Below, in pieces: positions 51,540 to 63,413 of a stretch of DNA of 64,000 bases. The stretch spans positions 5,828,001 to 5,892,000 of the forward strand of contig NC_043003.1 of assembly GCF_006345805.1 (NCBI RefSeq). The letters are read 5' to 3'. The position numbers were made by a program, and so were the translations under genes. The notes below the pieces were generated by a model. It saw nothing but the letters and a program-made list of their open reading frames with translations, had not been told where the DNA came from and searched no databases. The stretch comes from Octopus sinensis (lineage: Eukaryota). Within the stretch, counting starts at the first letter, position 1; the number at the start of each line of letters is the position of its first letter.

Positions 51540-52105
51540 ATACAAAGAAGTAAATATATGGCACAACGAAGTACCGATATTTACTGGAAATAGCGAACGT
51601 AATAATACGACGCTAATGTATAGCTTCACCGCGTATGTACTAGCAAAAATGCGTGTGAGCAACAAACTAGAAAAAATTGTCTTACCTCCAGGGAGAACAT
51701 CTGAAAGATAAAATACCTGGAAAAGGATAATGTGGGACCTGCGCAGGCTTCAGATTTTTCAAGATATGTCTGCCACCCATAATGCCATTACACTCGACTG
51801 AAACGCCGAAACGCTAACAGCACGAGAACGGTGAAGAAGTTTCAATAAATTAGTAATGCAATATTAGAGTATTGCTTTCCAGTAAAGAATAGCCCGTGAG
51901 GGAAAAATATACAAAGAAGTAAATATATGGCACAACGAAGTACCGATATTTACTGGAAATAGCGAACGTAATAATACGACATAAACTTGATCTATTTCAG
52001 ATGTTACCATAAGTTGTGCCATATATTTACTTCTTTGTATATTTTTCCCTCACGGGCTATTCTTTACTGGAAAGCAATACTCTAGTATTGCATTACTAAT
52101 TTATA
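51540..52105. repeat. Nested direct (~72 bp; 51540 and 51909) and inverted (~92 bp; 51845-51937 / 52013-52105) repeats
   Basis: ATACAAAGAAGTAAATATATGGCACAAC occurs twice on plus and once on minus. Confidence 0.85.
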
Positions 52106-52137
52106 TATATATATATATATTACTCTTTTTCTCTTTT

Positions 52138-52549
52138 TACTCTTTTTTACTCTTTTTACTTGTTTCAGTCATTTGACTGCGGCCATGCTGGAGCACCGCC
52201 TTTAGTCGAGCAAATCGACCCCGGGACTTATTCTTTGTAAGCCCAGTACTTATTCTATCGGTCTCTTTTGCCGAACCGCTAAGTGACGGGGACGTAAACA
52301 CACCAGCATCGGTTGTCAAGCAATGCTAGGGGGACAAACACAGACACACAAACATATACACACACACTTATATATATATACATATATACGACAGGCTTCT
52401 TTCAGTTTCCGTCTACCAAATCCACTCACAAGGCATTGGTCGGCCCGGGGCTATAGCAGAAGACACGTGTCCAAGATGCCACGCAGTGGGACTGAACCCG
52501 GAACCATGTGGTTGGTTAGCAAGCTACTTACCAAACAGTCACTCCTGCG

Positions 52550-52552
<3 letters not shown>
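52138..52552 (-). mobile_element. SINE family B, full length and close to consensus
   Basis: Reverse complement of 20414-20812. Confidence 0.92.
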
Positions 52553-52601
<49 letters not shown>

Positions 52602-55089
52602 ATAAGGCAACCCGCACGTTGAACTACTTTAAGGACATTAAACAACCTCTATAATAGCCCCCACCCTAGGTCCAATCCAGTTTACTCTTTCCTTCGCTGA
52701 CCCTTAGCCTATCGATATGCCCATTCGTTTGTGAGCCTTCCTGCTCTCATTTCCCGTTTATCAAAGAGGTGGAGGCGATGGGGATGATAGTGGCGGTGGT
52801 GATAGTGGTGGAGGAGAAGGCAGTGAAACCAAAGGTATTGATGGTAGTAGCGTCAGAAGTCTGAATGGTCTGTGTATGGCAGTTGTGGTGGCGATGGTGG
52901 TGGTACTGGTGATGGTGATGTTGATGGTTGAAACCATAATCAACAGAGGGAGAGAGAGAGAGAAATAAAGAAAGGTTAGACAGAAAACATTGTACTGACC
53001 CCGAATGGGAAGACAAAACAAATATTGTTTATCACGAGGTTTTGCAATAATTTCCAAGTCGACGAATTATGTCATTATTTTGATAAAAATTGTTCATTGC
53101 TCGAAAAGTATTCGCCAAGTTTGATAAAATTTAAAACATTTTTAAGTATTTAAGGATGTAGTCAATTTATGAAGTGTCATTGTTGGGCCCAAGCCCCAAT
53201 GAAGAGCCTTCGGGTGGTTAGTATATATGTATGTTATGTACGTGTGTATGTATATGTATATATGTATCTCTCTCTCTCTCTCTCCTTCTCTCTCTGTATA
53301 TTTATAAGGCAGAGCTTACTGGAAGCAAAGCCAGAAATCCAGGATCTTGAATTATCCAGTAAAATCTTTTTTGCTACTTTATTTTGTCTCTCTGTCTCCT
53401 CTCTTGGCATGATATGGACATTTAAGGTGGTTTTAGGGTCAGGGTTTTGACTGCTATTTCAGCATGGGGGTATCTCTCAGATACCCTAATCTATAGTTTT
53501 AATTAATTATTACAATTGTATGTATATAGATATATACACACACACATGGGTTTTTTTAAATTTATTTGTTTCTAATACACTTTTCTGTCCTGGTGAAATG
53601 CAGGGTTAGAGTTAAGTGTTTTTGCGGAGAATGTTTGATTAATTCATGGTTACTAAAAGCTGTTTCAGTAATGAATAATTAGAAAGAACAGAACTGTAGA
53701 TAAATGTCACAGAAAACTAAATAAAATTCAATTATAACTGTCAAAAACGGAATATAATTCGTCTAGCGAGGCAAATTAATCTATACAAATAATAATAATT
53801 AGATATATTTTAAAATTTGGATCTCAGGCGATTTTTACGATGAGTGTAAAAAGTGTTCGACCAACAGAAGTTATTTAGTATATATTTAGTGCCATTACAT
53901 TATTTCTATTGCTTTATTTATTGGTCATTGTAGTTGTGTCAACTAAGTAGAATAATTTTCACTGAGGAGGTAAAGCAAGCACGAAACGTGGCCATTCATT
54001 TGCCTAATTGACGTTTACGAGCCAGATTCAATCTAATCTACTTTTCTATCGTCTAAAATGATTATCACCTGATATTGCTTGGGGAGGGCTGTTATCTCCC
54101 TTGCTTGTTCTTTTGTTAGATTTAAACAATCTTCAGGGAATTTTTGTTGTATTAATTATTTGGATAATCTCAGACGATCAAATCTTTATTATGTTTAGTA
54201 AGTTAAAGAAATGATGACATCTACTCTTTATATGCAAATAACAATGATAATCAACGATCGAATTTGCAGTAAATAATGAAAAATACATTTGATAACACTT
54301 TATAATATTTATTAATTAATATTTTTATCCACTGAAATTTTGATCGTCAGTTTTCTTAAAAGAATCTAAATAGCAGATATGTGAGCAGTTCGTTAATCTT
54401 TAATAATCCTTCGGATAGTAAATGATGTACTTAGTAGCAACAACAATAACATGAACAACCACAAAACGACAAATATCACAAGAACAATTTCACATAGCTT
54501 GTTTAGTGGCGTTTACATTATTTTAGCAAATCCTAACCTAATCTTTGCCAAAATTGCACGAAAACTACATAAAAACGCAAAGTATAATATTCCAATCTTG
54601 AACCTAATCAATGATATTTTGTCTTTTATGTAAACAGATAGTTCATGGGTAATGAGAAACCCTTAGAAAGTCCAACATCGCAATGCAAATGTTTCTTTCT
54701 TGATCAGAAGGATAAAGGCAGAGCCCGTGACATTGTTTTAGTTTACTGTACTAAAGGGTCAGCAACACAATAGCCATGAGTTTATATTTTTTATCAGGTC
54801 AGGTAAGAACAAATTCAAGACGTGTTATGATACAATATACATTTTTTATCCAAGCAATTTGAAACTTTGTCGACAAAACGATAAGATTTCTTAAAAGTAT
54901 CTTGATCGATTACGTCTAAGATAGTATGGTGTATACTAGAACATGCTCTAGTGTACTACAACTGATTCATCTGTTTGACCGTCTTTATAAACCGTTTTTA
55001 CTGAGAAAGCTTATATTTTCATTAAAATATCAGACGTCTTAAATATAAAGTTCGATATTTTCCATTTTGTCGATAGGCCTCTAGATCGT

Positions 55090-55270
55090 TAGCCACTACA
55101 CACATTTCTTTATCTCTTTGTTTTTTTCTATGTCCCTTTCTGTAGAAGAGCGTAGGCTAGAAACGTAAAAGGCTTTTTCTATTCCTGTGCGTTATACTAA
55201 TACATCTGTTTGTTTTGTACACCACCTGTCTTCGTCTTCTGTTTTTTTCGTAAATTCTCCTCTATATATT
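55090..55270 (+). mobile_element. Penelope-like terminal-repeat fragment with a hammerhead-like motif (55135-55172)
   Basis: CCTTTCTGTAGAAGAGCGTAGGCTAGAAACGTAAAAGG; flank shared with 31278. Confidence 0.6.
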
Positions 55271-55937
55271 TTACTTTGTATCTGTAAATCCTCTCACAAA
55301 TAATTTCTCCAACTGTTTCAAGCACAATTTCTATCTTTCTCCATCACTGAATGCCCCATTCCAGATTCCTCTTTCTATTGTGAGATATTTCTTTTGCACC
55401 GCTAAACTTTCTTCTGTACATTTACAATGTTTTTTCGATTGGCTTACAAGTTTTCACAAGATTTTCATTCCTTGTTTTTCCCTCTGGTTTTATTGATACT
55501 GCTTTTTTTTTCCTTCTGTTCTTTTCTGTCTGCTCCATTATCAACAATTTCCACGTCGTTACGATGCACTTCTGCCTGCAAGTCTACTTTGCACTGATCC
55601 ATCCATCGTCCATACAGACAAACACCGGCGTCGTCCTAGAGTAGTGAAGGTCATCAAAGACATTCGTACAGATAGTAGGTCGTATTAGCCTATATGGGTG
55701 ACTACCTGTATCTGTGCGTGTTTGATCTTTGAGTATTATTCGTTACGAGAGTGCAGATAGCACACGATGTGTATCTTTACGTATATAAGCCATTCAGAAG
55801 TCGGGTATTGTGTAGTTTAGTCATTAAGCTTGTCGGGTTTGTCGCTTCAGATTCTGTTTGAGAGAAATGGGACGAGACTAGGAGAGTAATTTGCATTACT
55901 GTAGTGTGTGTGTATGTTTGGATCTATGTATTGTTCT

Positions 55938-55984
<47 letters not shown>

Positions 55985-56129
55985 GTGTGGTGTGAGTGCA
56001 CGAGTCCTGATGTGCATAAGTGTGCATCTGTATGTTTGTTGATGAATCCATGTAGCTGCTGCTAGAATGTGTGTGAGTGTGCTTCTTGAAGTGGATACAT
56101 GCGTCATGCTCAGTCGACGATGGCAGAAA

Positions 56130-59100
56130 GGGCGGATGAGAGCAGCAGGTAAACCAGGGTGGATGAGAGCAGAAGATAAACCAAGTTGGATGAGAGCAGA
56201 GGATAAACCCGGTGAATGCGAGCAGAAGATAAACCAGGGTGGATGAGAGCAGAAGATAAACCAGGGTGGATGAGAGCAGAAGATAAACCAGGGTGGATGA
56301 GAGCAGAAGATAAACCCGGTGAATGCGAGCAGAAGATAAACCAGGGTGGATGAGAGCAGAAGATAAACCAGGGTGGATGAGAGCAGAAGATAAACCAGGG
56401 TGGATGAGAGCAGAGGATAAACCAGGGTGGATGAGAGCAGAAGATAAACCAGGGTGGATGAGAGCAGAAGATAAACCAGGGTGGATGAGAGCAGAAGATT
56501 AACCAGGGTGGATGAGAGCAGAAGATAAACCAGGGTGGATGAGAGCAGAGGATAAACCAGGGTGGATGAGAGCAGAAGATAAACCAGGGTGGATGAGAGC
56601 AGAAGATAAACCAGGGTGGATGAGAGCAGAAGATAAACCAGGGTGGATGAGAGCAGAAGATTAACCAGGGTGGATGAGAGCAGAAGATAACCAGGGTGGA
56701 TGAGAGCAGAAGATAAACAGGGTGGATGAGAGAGCAGAAGATAAACCAGGGTGGATGAGAGCAGAAGATTAACCAGGGTGGATGAGAGCAGAAGATAAAC
56801 CAGGGTGGATGAGAGCAGAAGATAAACCAGGGTGGATGAGAGCAGAAGATAAACCAGGGTGGATGAGAGCAGAAGATTAACCAGGGTGGATGAGAGCAGA
56901 AGATAAACCAGGGTGGATGAGAGCAGAAGATTAACCAGGGTGGATGAGAGAAGATAAACCAGTGTGGGTGAGAGCAGAAGATAAACCAGCGTGGATGAGA
57001 GCAGAAGATAAACCAGGGTGGATGAGAGCAGAAGATTAACCAGGGTGGATGAGAGCAGAAGATAAACCAGGGTGGATGAGAGAAGATAAACCAGTGTGGG
57101 TGAGAGCAGAAGATAAACCAGGGTGGATGAGAGAAGATAAACCAGTGTGGGTGAGAGCAGAAGATAAACCAGGGTGGATGAGAGCAGAAGATAAACCAGG
57201 GTGGATGAGAGCAGAAGATAAACCAGGGTGGATGAGAGAAGATAAACCAGGGTGGATGAGAGCAGAAGATAAACCAGGGTGGATGAGAGCAGAAGATAAA
57301 CCAGGGTGGATGAGAGCAGAAGATAAACCAGGGTGGATGAGAGCAGAGGATAAACCAGGGTGGATGAGAGCAGAGGATAAACCAGGGTGGATGAGAGCAG
57401 AAGATAAACCAGGGTGGATGAGAGCAGAAGATAAACCAGGGTGGATGAGAGCAGAGGATAAACCCGGTGGATGAGAGCAGAAGATAAACCAGGGTGGATG
57501 AGAGCAGAGGATAAACCCGGTGGATGAGAGCAGAAGATAAACCAGGGTGGATGAGAGCAGAAGATAAACCAGGGTGGATGAGAGCAGAGGATAAACCAGG
57601 GTGGATGAGAGCAGAGGATAAACCAGGGTGGATGAGAGCCGAAGATAAACCAGGGTGGATGAGAGCAGAGGATAAACCCGGTGGATGAGAGCAGAAGATA
57701 AACCAGGGTGGATGAGAGCAGAAGATAAACCAGGGTGGATGAGAGCAGAAGATAAACCAGGGTGGATGAGAGCAGAAGATAAACCAGGGTGGATGAGAGC
57801 AGAAGATTAACCAGGGTGGATGAGAGAAGATAAACCAGTGTGGGTGAGAGCAGAAGATAAACCAGGGTGGATGAGAGCAGAAGATAAACCAGGGTGGATG
57901 AGAGCAGAAGATTAACCAGGGTGGATGAGAGCAGAAGATAAACCAGGGTGGATGAGAGCAGAAGATAAACCAGGGTGGATGAGAGCAGAAGATAAACCAG
58001 GTGGATGAGAGCAGAGATAAACCAGGGTGGATGAGAGAAGATAAACCAGGGTGGATGAGAGCAGAAGATAAACCAGGGTGGATGAGAGCAGAAGATAAAC
58101 CAGGGTGGATGAGAGCAGAAGATAAACCAGGGTGGATGAGAGCAGAAGATAAACCCGGTGGATGAGAGCAGAAGATAAACCAGGGTGGATGAGAGCAGAA
58201 GATAAACCAGGGTGGATGAGAGAAGATAAACCAGGGTGGATGAGAGCAGAAGATAAACCAGGGTGGATGAGAGCAGAAGATAAACCAGGGTGGATGAGAG
58301 CAGAAGATAAACCAGGGTGGATGAGAGCAGAAGATAAACCAGGGTGGATGAGAGCAAAAGATAAACCAGGGTGGGTGAGAGCAGAAGATAAACCAGGGTG
58401 GGTGAGAGCAGAAGATAAACCAGGGTGGATGAGAGCAGAAGATTAACCAGGGTGGATGAGAGTAGAAGATAAACCAGGGTGGATGAGAGCAGAAGATAAA
58501 CCAGGGTGGATGAGAGCAGAAGATAAACCAGGGTGGATGAGAGCAGAAGATAAACCAGGGTGGATGAGAGTAGAAGATAAACCAGGGTGGATGAGAGCAG
58601 AAGATAAACCAGGGTGGATGAGAGCAGAGGATAAACCAGGGTGGATGAGAGAAGATAAACCAGTGTGGGTGAGAGCAGAAGATAAACCAGGGTGGATGAG
58701 AGAAGATAAACCAGGGTGGATGAGAGCAGAAGATAAACCAGGGTGGATGAGAGCAGAAGATAAACCAGGGTGGATGAGAGCAGAAGATAAACCAGGGTGG
58801 ATGAGAGAAGATAAACCAGGGTGGATGAGAGCAGAAGATAAACCAGGGTGGATGAGAGCAGAAGATAAACCAGGGTGGATGAGAGAAGATAAACCAGGGT
58901 GGATGAGAGCAGAAGATAAAGCAGGGTGGATGAGAGCAGAAGATAAACCCGGTGGATGAGAGCAGAAGATAAACCAGGGTGGATGAGAGAAGATAAACCA
59001 GGGTGGATGAGAGCAGAAGATAAACCAGGGTGGATGAGAGCAGAAGATAAACCAGGGTGGATGAGAGCAGAAGATAAACCAGGGTGGATGAGAGCAGAAG

Positions 59101-59246
59101 ATAAACCAGGGTGGATGAGAGCAGAAGATAAACCAGGGTGGATGAGAGAAGATAAACCAGGGTGGATGAGAGCAGAAGATAAACCAGGGTGGATGAGAGA
59201 AGATAAACCAGGGTGGATGAGAGCAGAAGATAAACCCGGTGGATGA
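56130..59246 (+). repeat. 27-bp minisatellite array (GATGAGAGCAGAAGATAAACCAGGGTG)n, about 115-120 units
   Basis: Direct reading; 24-bp and 26-bp variants; explains the 1152-aa and 1067-aa ORFs. Confidence 0.97.
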
Positions 59247-59364
59247 ATATAAATAAAGTAGGGTTTAAATATAAATAACGTATATATAAAAGTAAAAATA
59301 TACATTTATACATATAAGAATATTAAAAAAGAAAAAGAAGATGTATTCATATTTACACATATTT

Positions 59365-59550
59365 TTGGGGTTGGCCGTTGACTGCTCATGAGTCCCTCCG
59401 CCCTTTGACGAGTCTTATTTTTCATCGTGCCGGATGTCCAACAATCACCCTCCTCAACAGAAACGCCTGGTGGGATTACCAGTTGAGTCATCAAAGACCC
59501 GATCACGTAACAGAATGTACTGGGTTACATGTTACATGTAGCATTCAAAT
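59365..59550 (-). mobile_element. Second, diverged copy of the 40865 repeat
   Basis: AACATGTAACCCAGTAC..GAGGAGGGTG..CGTCAAAGGGCGGAGG..GTCAACGGCCA shared. Confidence 0.7.
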
Positions 59551-59558
59551 GTGCCCCT

Positions 59559-59591
<33 letters not shown>

Positions 59592-59600
<9 letters not shown>

Positions 59601-59812
59601 ATTGGTGAATTGAGGAAATGGAGCTGAACGCAGATTGAACAGAAATCGTTTTATTTCATTCTACACGTGTTTCGAAAGGCACAAATTACCAAAATCCGAT
59701 TCAATCGGATTTTGGTAATTTGTGCCTTTCGAAACACGTGTAGAATGAAATAAAACGATTTCTGTTCAATCTGCGTTCAGCTCCATTTCCTCAATTCACC
59801 AATAATGTTTTA
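59592..59812. repeat. Perfect 221-bp palindrome (110-bp arms, 1-nt centre at 59702)
   Basis: Left and right halves are exact reverse complements by eye. Confidence 0.92.
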
Positions 59813-59971
59813 ATTTCAATTATCCGCACCAACGCACGGTTGCAACGCCAGATGGTTGTACCTCCAACCGTGCTGTTTACTGCTGTGATTTTTGCTACTA
59901 AGGTATCGGTTAACTTTTGATTAATCTACAACAAGTTTATTCATCTTTCTATTTCACATAATATATATATA

Positions 59972-60021
<50 letters not shown>

Positions 60022-60084
60022 TTCTCTAAATTTTCTACCCTTATTATTTTCACACACATATATATATTTATATTTATATTCTTT

Positions 60085-60240
60085 TATTCTTTTACTTGTT
60101 TCCGCCATTTGACTGCGACCATGCTGGAGCACCGCCGTTAGTTGAGAAAATCGACCCAGGACATATTTGTAACCCTAGTACTTATTCTATCGGTCTCTTT
60201 TGTCAAGCAATGGTGGTGGGGGCCAAACACACACATATAC

Positions 60241-60271
<31 letters not shown>

Positions 60272-60367
60272 GACGGGCTTCTTTCGGTTTCCTTCTACCA
60301 AATCCATTCACAAGGCTTTGGTCCGCCCGAGGCTATAGTAGAAGGCACTTGCCCAGGATGCCACGCA
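60085..60367 (-). mobile_element. SINE family B, internally deleted
   Basis: Tail and body motifs present; head missing. Confidence 0.8.
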
Positions 60368-60764
60368 TAATTAAAACGTATATGTATGTATGTGTGTGTA
60401 TGTGTGTGTGTGTGTGTGTGTGTGCGTGTACGTGTGTGTGTACACAAAACCCACACGCAGACACACATATTTATACTCTATAGTTTTAATGTTTGTTTAA
60501 TTTTTCAATTTGTTTTATATTAGTGAGCTTTAGTTTTGTGGCGATTCTGTTCCCAAAAGTTCGCCTCGCTAATCTCCTTATTAAATCCAACACGCGGATT
60601 AGCTTTTCTAGATGTTAACTTTCAAGATTAATCTTTACTTTAATCGGTACTTCGATGCTTTAATGTTTATTTAACACTTTTGGAATGTCTGTTTTTCATG
60701 GATTTAATTCTGACTTTCTAAATATCATAACATAAATTTAGTAACCAATATTTGTATGGAAATT

Positions 60765-60975
60765 AAGGCGGCGATCAAGCAGAATCGTTAGCACGCCGGA
60801 CAAAATGCTTAGCGGCATTTCGTCCGTCTTTACTTTCTGGGTTGAAATTCCACTGAAGTCAGCTTTGCCTTTTATTCTTTCGGGGTTGATATAAGTACCA
60901 GTTAGATACGTTGGTCGACGTAATCGACTTACACCATCCCTGCCTCAAAGTGCAGGCCTTGTGCCAAAATTTGGA
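60765..60975 (+). mobile_element. SINE family A, diverged
   Basis: AAGGCGGCGATCAAGCAGAATCGTTAGCACGCCGG...CTTTGCCTTTTATTC. Confidence 0.8.
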
Positions 60976-61132
60976 ACCAAAGTTTGTAGGGGGTTTGACA
61001 TTATTTTATTCATCCTTATTGTGAGCATCCATGTTGCTCTCTACTCTACTTTGTCTCCGTTCGATTGGAGCAGCGTAAGAAATAGAATTGTTAGATCGGA
61101 TGCGAACAGAAGATAAACCAGGGCGGATGAGA

Positions 61133-62985
61133 GCAAGAGAGGGCCAGATAAATGAACCTACTTATGGATATACTATCTTTTGGAGAGGACTGTCTGGGGG
61201 TCAGCATAGAGATTCTGGTGTTGGGTTTGCTCTCAAGAATTCGTTAGTATCCTTCATTGCACAACTTCCGAGTGGTATATCCGAACGAATCATGTCATGC
61301 CGTATAAAACTGACAAAGTGTAGGTTTCTTACCGTTGTCAGTATCTATGCACTAACAACGTCACATTCTGATGAAACTGTAGGACAGTTTTATCACGACC
61401 TAGCATAATTAATGAGACAAGTACCAACTTCTGACGAGCTGGTCATATTGGAAGATTTCAAGGTAAGAGTTGGAAAGAATTATGTTTCATGGCCTGCTGT
61501 AGGTCGACATGGGATTGGAAAATGTAATAAAAATGGATTAGCTCTTTTGACGTTTTGTACTGAGAATAATCAGTAACACTCTGCTTAAGCAGGAAAATAA
61601 ATATAAAACCACCCAAGATTTAAGCCCTGGCATCTCACAGATTATGTTTTGATCAGAAAACGTGATATGAAAGATGTCTCTAGCGTTCGAGCCATTGAGA
61701 GGAGCTGAGAGCTGGACTGACCATCGTCTAGAGCGTGGAAAAATACATTTTTCGATAATGCTTAAAAGTCAACAGTTTGGTCCTAAGGTACCTAAAAAGT
61801 TAAATGTTGCAAACTTTAAATTATCAAGCAACTTACAAAGAACCAAGATGCTAGAGGAAGTATCAATCTTGACTCAAACAATCTATGGGAAGATTTCAAA
61901 ACAAAAGTACTCCAGGCGGCAAGCTCGCCAGAGAGATTCAAATCATTTATGTTCAGCGACTGGTTCTCAAAAAGATCAGCACAAATTCATAAACTACATT
62001 TAGAGAAACAAAACTTAGGCAATACACTTCTTTCTCAGTCTTTAAACCCCAACTCAAACGAAGCTTACTGAAAGGGAAAGTGCAGACTAAAATTAAACAG
62101 GAATGGTAGAATGATATTAAAAAAAAAAGGCAAGAAGCAGCTGATAGAAATGACACCAAGGGTTTGTACTCTTATGTTAAAGAGGTATATGATCCCAAAT
62201 CGTCTTCAATAGCTCCAGTGAGAACAGGAAATGGACGTTTGCTTCTGACTGACACCGCTTCTATTTATAAGCGCTGGGTAGAACATTTCTCTGTACTTTT
62301 GAATAGACCATCGTCCGCTGACATGAGGACGATAGAAAAAATCGAATGGCAGATGAACGCATGCCCAAACAACTGTTTTATGGTGAGCCCGCAGAGGGAA
62401 ACGCTATCGATGTAAACCTAAAAAAAGATTTAATGACGGTATAAGGACCTCCATGAAGTCACTTGGAATGGATCCAGAGGACATGAAATCTCTTGCTTCA
62501 GATCGGGCTGGATGGCGAACAAAAGTGTGGAGCGGAGTGGAAGTGCTTCAAGAGTCCACGATAACGCATGCAACACTCAAGAGAAATTTAAAGAATGATA
62601 CGATCGAGAAGGTGGATCACAATGAACATTTTGTGTGCACAGATTGTGACAGACCATGCGTTTCTTTTACTGGGATGAAATCTCATTTGCGAACCCATGG
62701 AAAACGAACATCCACTAACTATTCTGGCTTTATATCTGTGCATACCTTTGGATGCAGTGTATGTCAGAAGGGTTGCAAATCTAACGGAGGCGCTCAAAAA
62801 ATAATTTAAGATCCACAAAGATCAGAACTTAATTGTAGCTCTTGGTGGTCCGAATCGGATACGCAATCTATGTGGATGCCTTTTCAAAACCTTTTCTGGT
62901 TTTAAAAACCACATCAGATACCGTGATGGTCCTAAGGTGTAGGTACAGGTGGTGGTCAAACTCTGCATAAGCAGTAGAAAACCAG
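61133..62985 (+). mobile_element. RTE-clade LINE remnant: APE domain, linker, C-terminal region with C2H2-like motifs; RT domain deleted
   Basis: EGQINE..GYTIFWRG..DSGVGFA..ERIMS..VVSIYA; WTDHRL; YKRWVEHFSVLLNRPS; then directly (R)MADERMPKQLFYGE; CTDCDRPC..KSHLRTH. Confidence 0.88.
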
Positions 62986-63176
62986 CATATATATATATGT
63001 GTATATATATATATATATGTTTGTATAAATGTATGGATATATGTATGTATGCATACACACACGTATATATATATATGTATATATGTTTATACACATAGAA
63101 CCGTTCCTATATATATATATATATATATATAACGATGGTATAGTTAAAGAACTAATGATCAATCTGTTAAAAGCAA

Positions 63177-63211
<35 letters not shown>

Positions 63212-63213
63212 AC

Positions 63214-63413
63214 AAGGTGGAGAGCTGAGAGCATCGTTAGCTCGTCGAAAGAAAACGAAATGCTCAACGGTATTTCTCTCTTAGGAAATTTTAGTTCATA
63301 TTTCGTCAATGTCGACATTGGTGTCGCTAAAACGAATACCTGTCATGCAATGGGGTGATGTAATCGACCAACCCCCCTACCCTGAAATTTCTGAGTTTGC
63401 GCTTATTGCAGTA
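63214..63413 (+). mobile_element. SINE family A, degenerate
   Basis: AAGGTGGAGAGCTGAGAGCATCGTTAG...GGGGTGATGTAATCGAC. Confidence 0.6.

Noticed and set aside
53955-53995. CTGAGGAG...CACGAAACGTG hammerhead-like motif
   Set aside because: Stem II does not pair and the cleavage triplet would be GUG (H cannot be G); at best a dead copy.
55540-55650. Minus-strand peptide YGRWMDQ resembling a reflectin motif
   Set aside because: A single short match with no Met/Tyr-rich repeats around it; likely chance.
56130-59246. CRISPR array
   Set aside because: The units are contiguous with no unique spacers, there are no cas genes, and the context is eukaryotic.
55847-59313. 1152-aa and 1067-aa ORFs, and the MRAEDKPGW ORFs, as real proteins
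   Set aside because: They are translations of a 27-bp repeat that lacks stops in four frames; the frames switch at 26-bp units and TAA variants occur; there is no unique domain or splice context.
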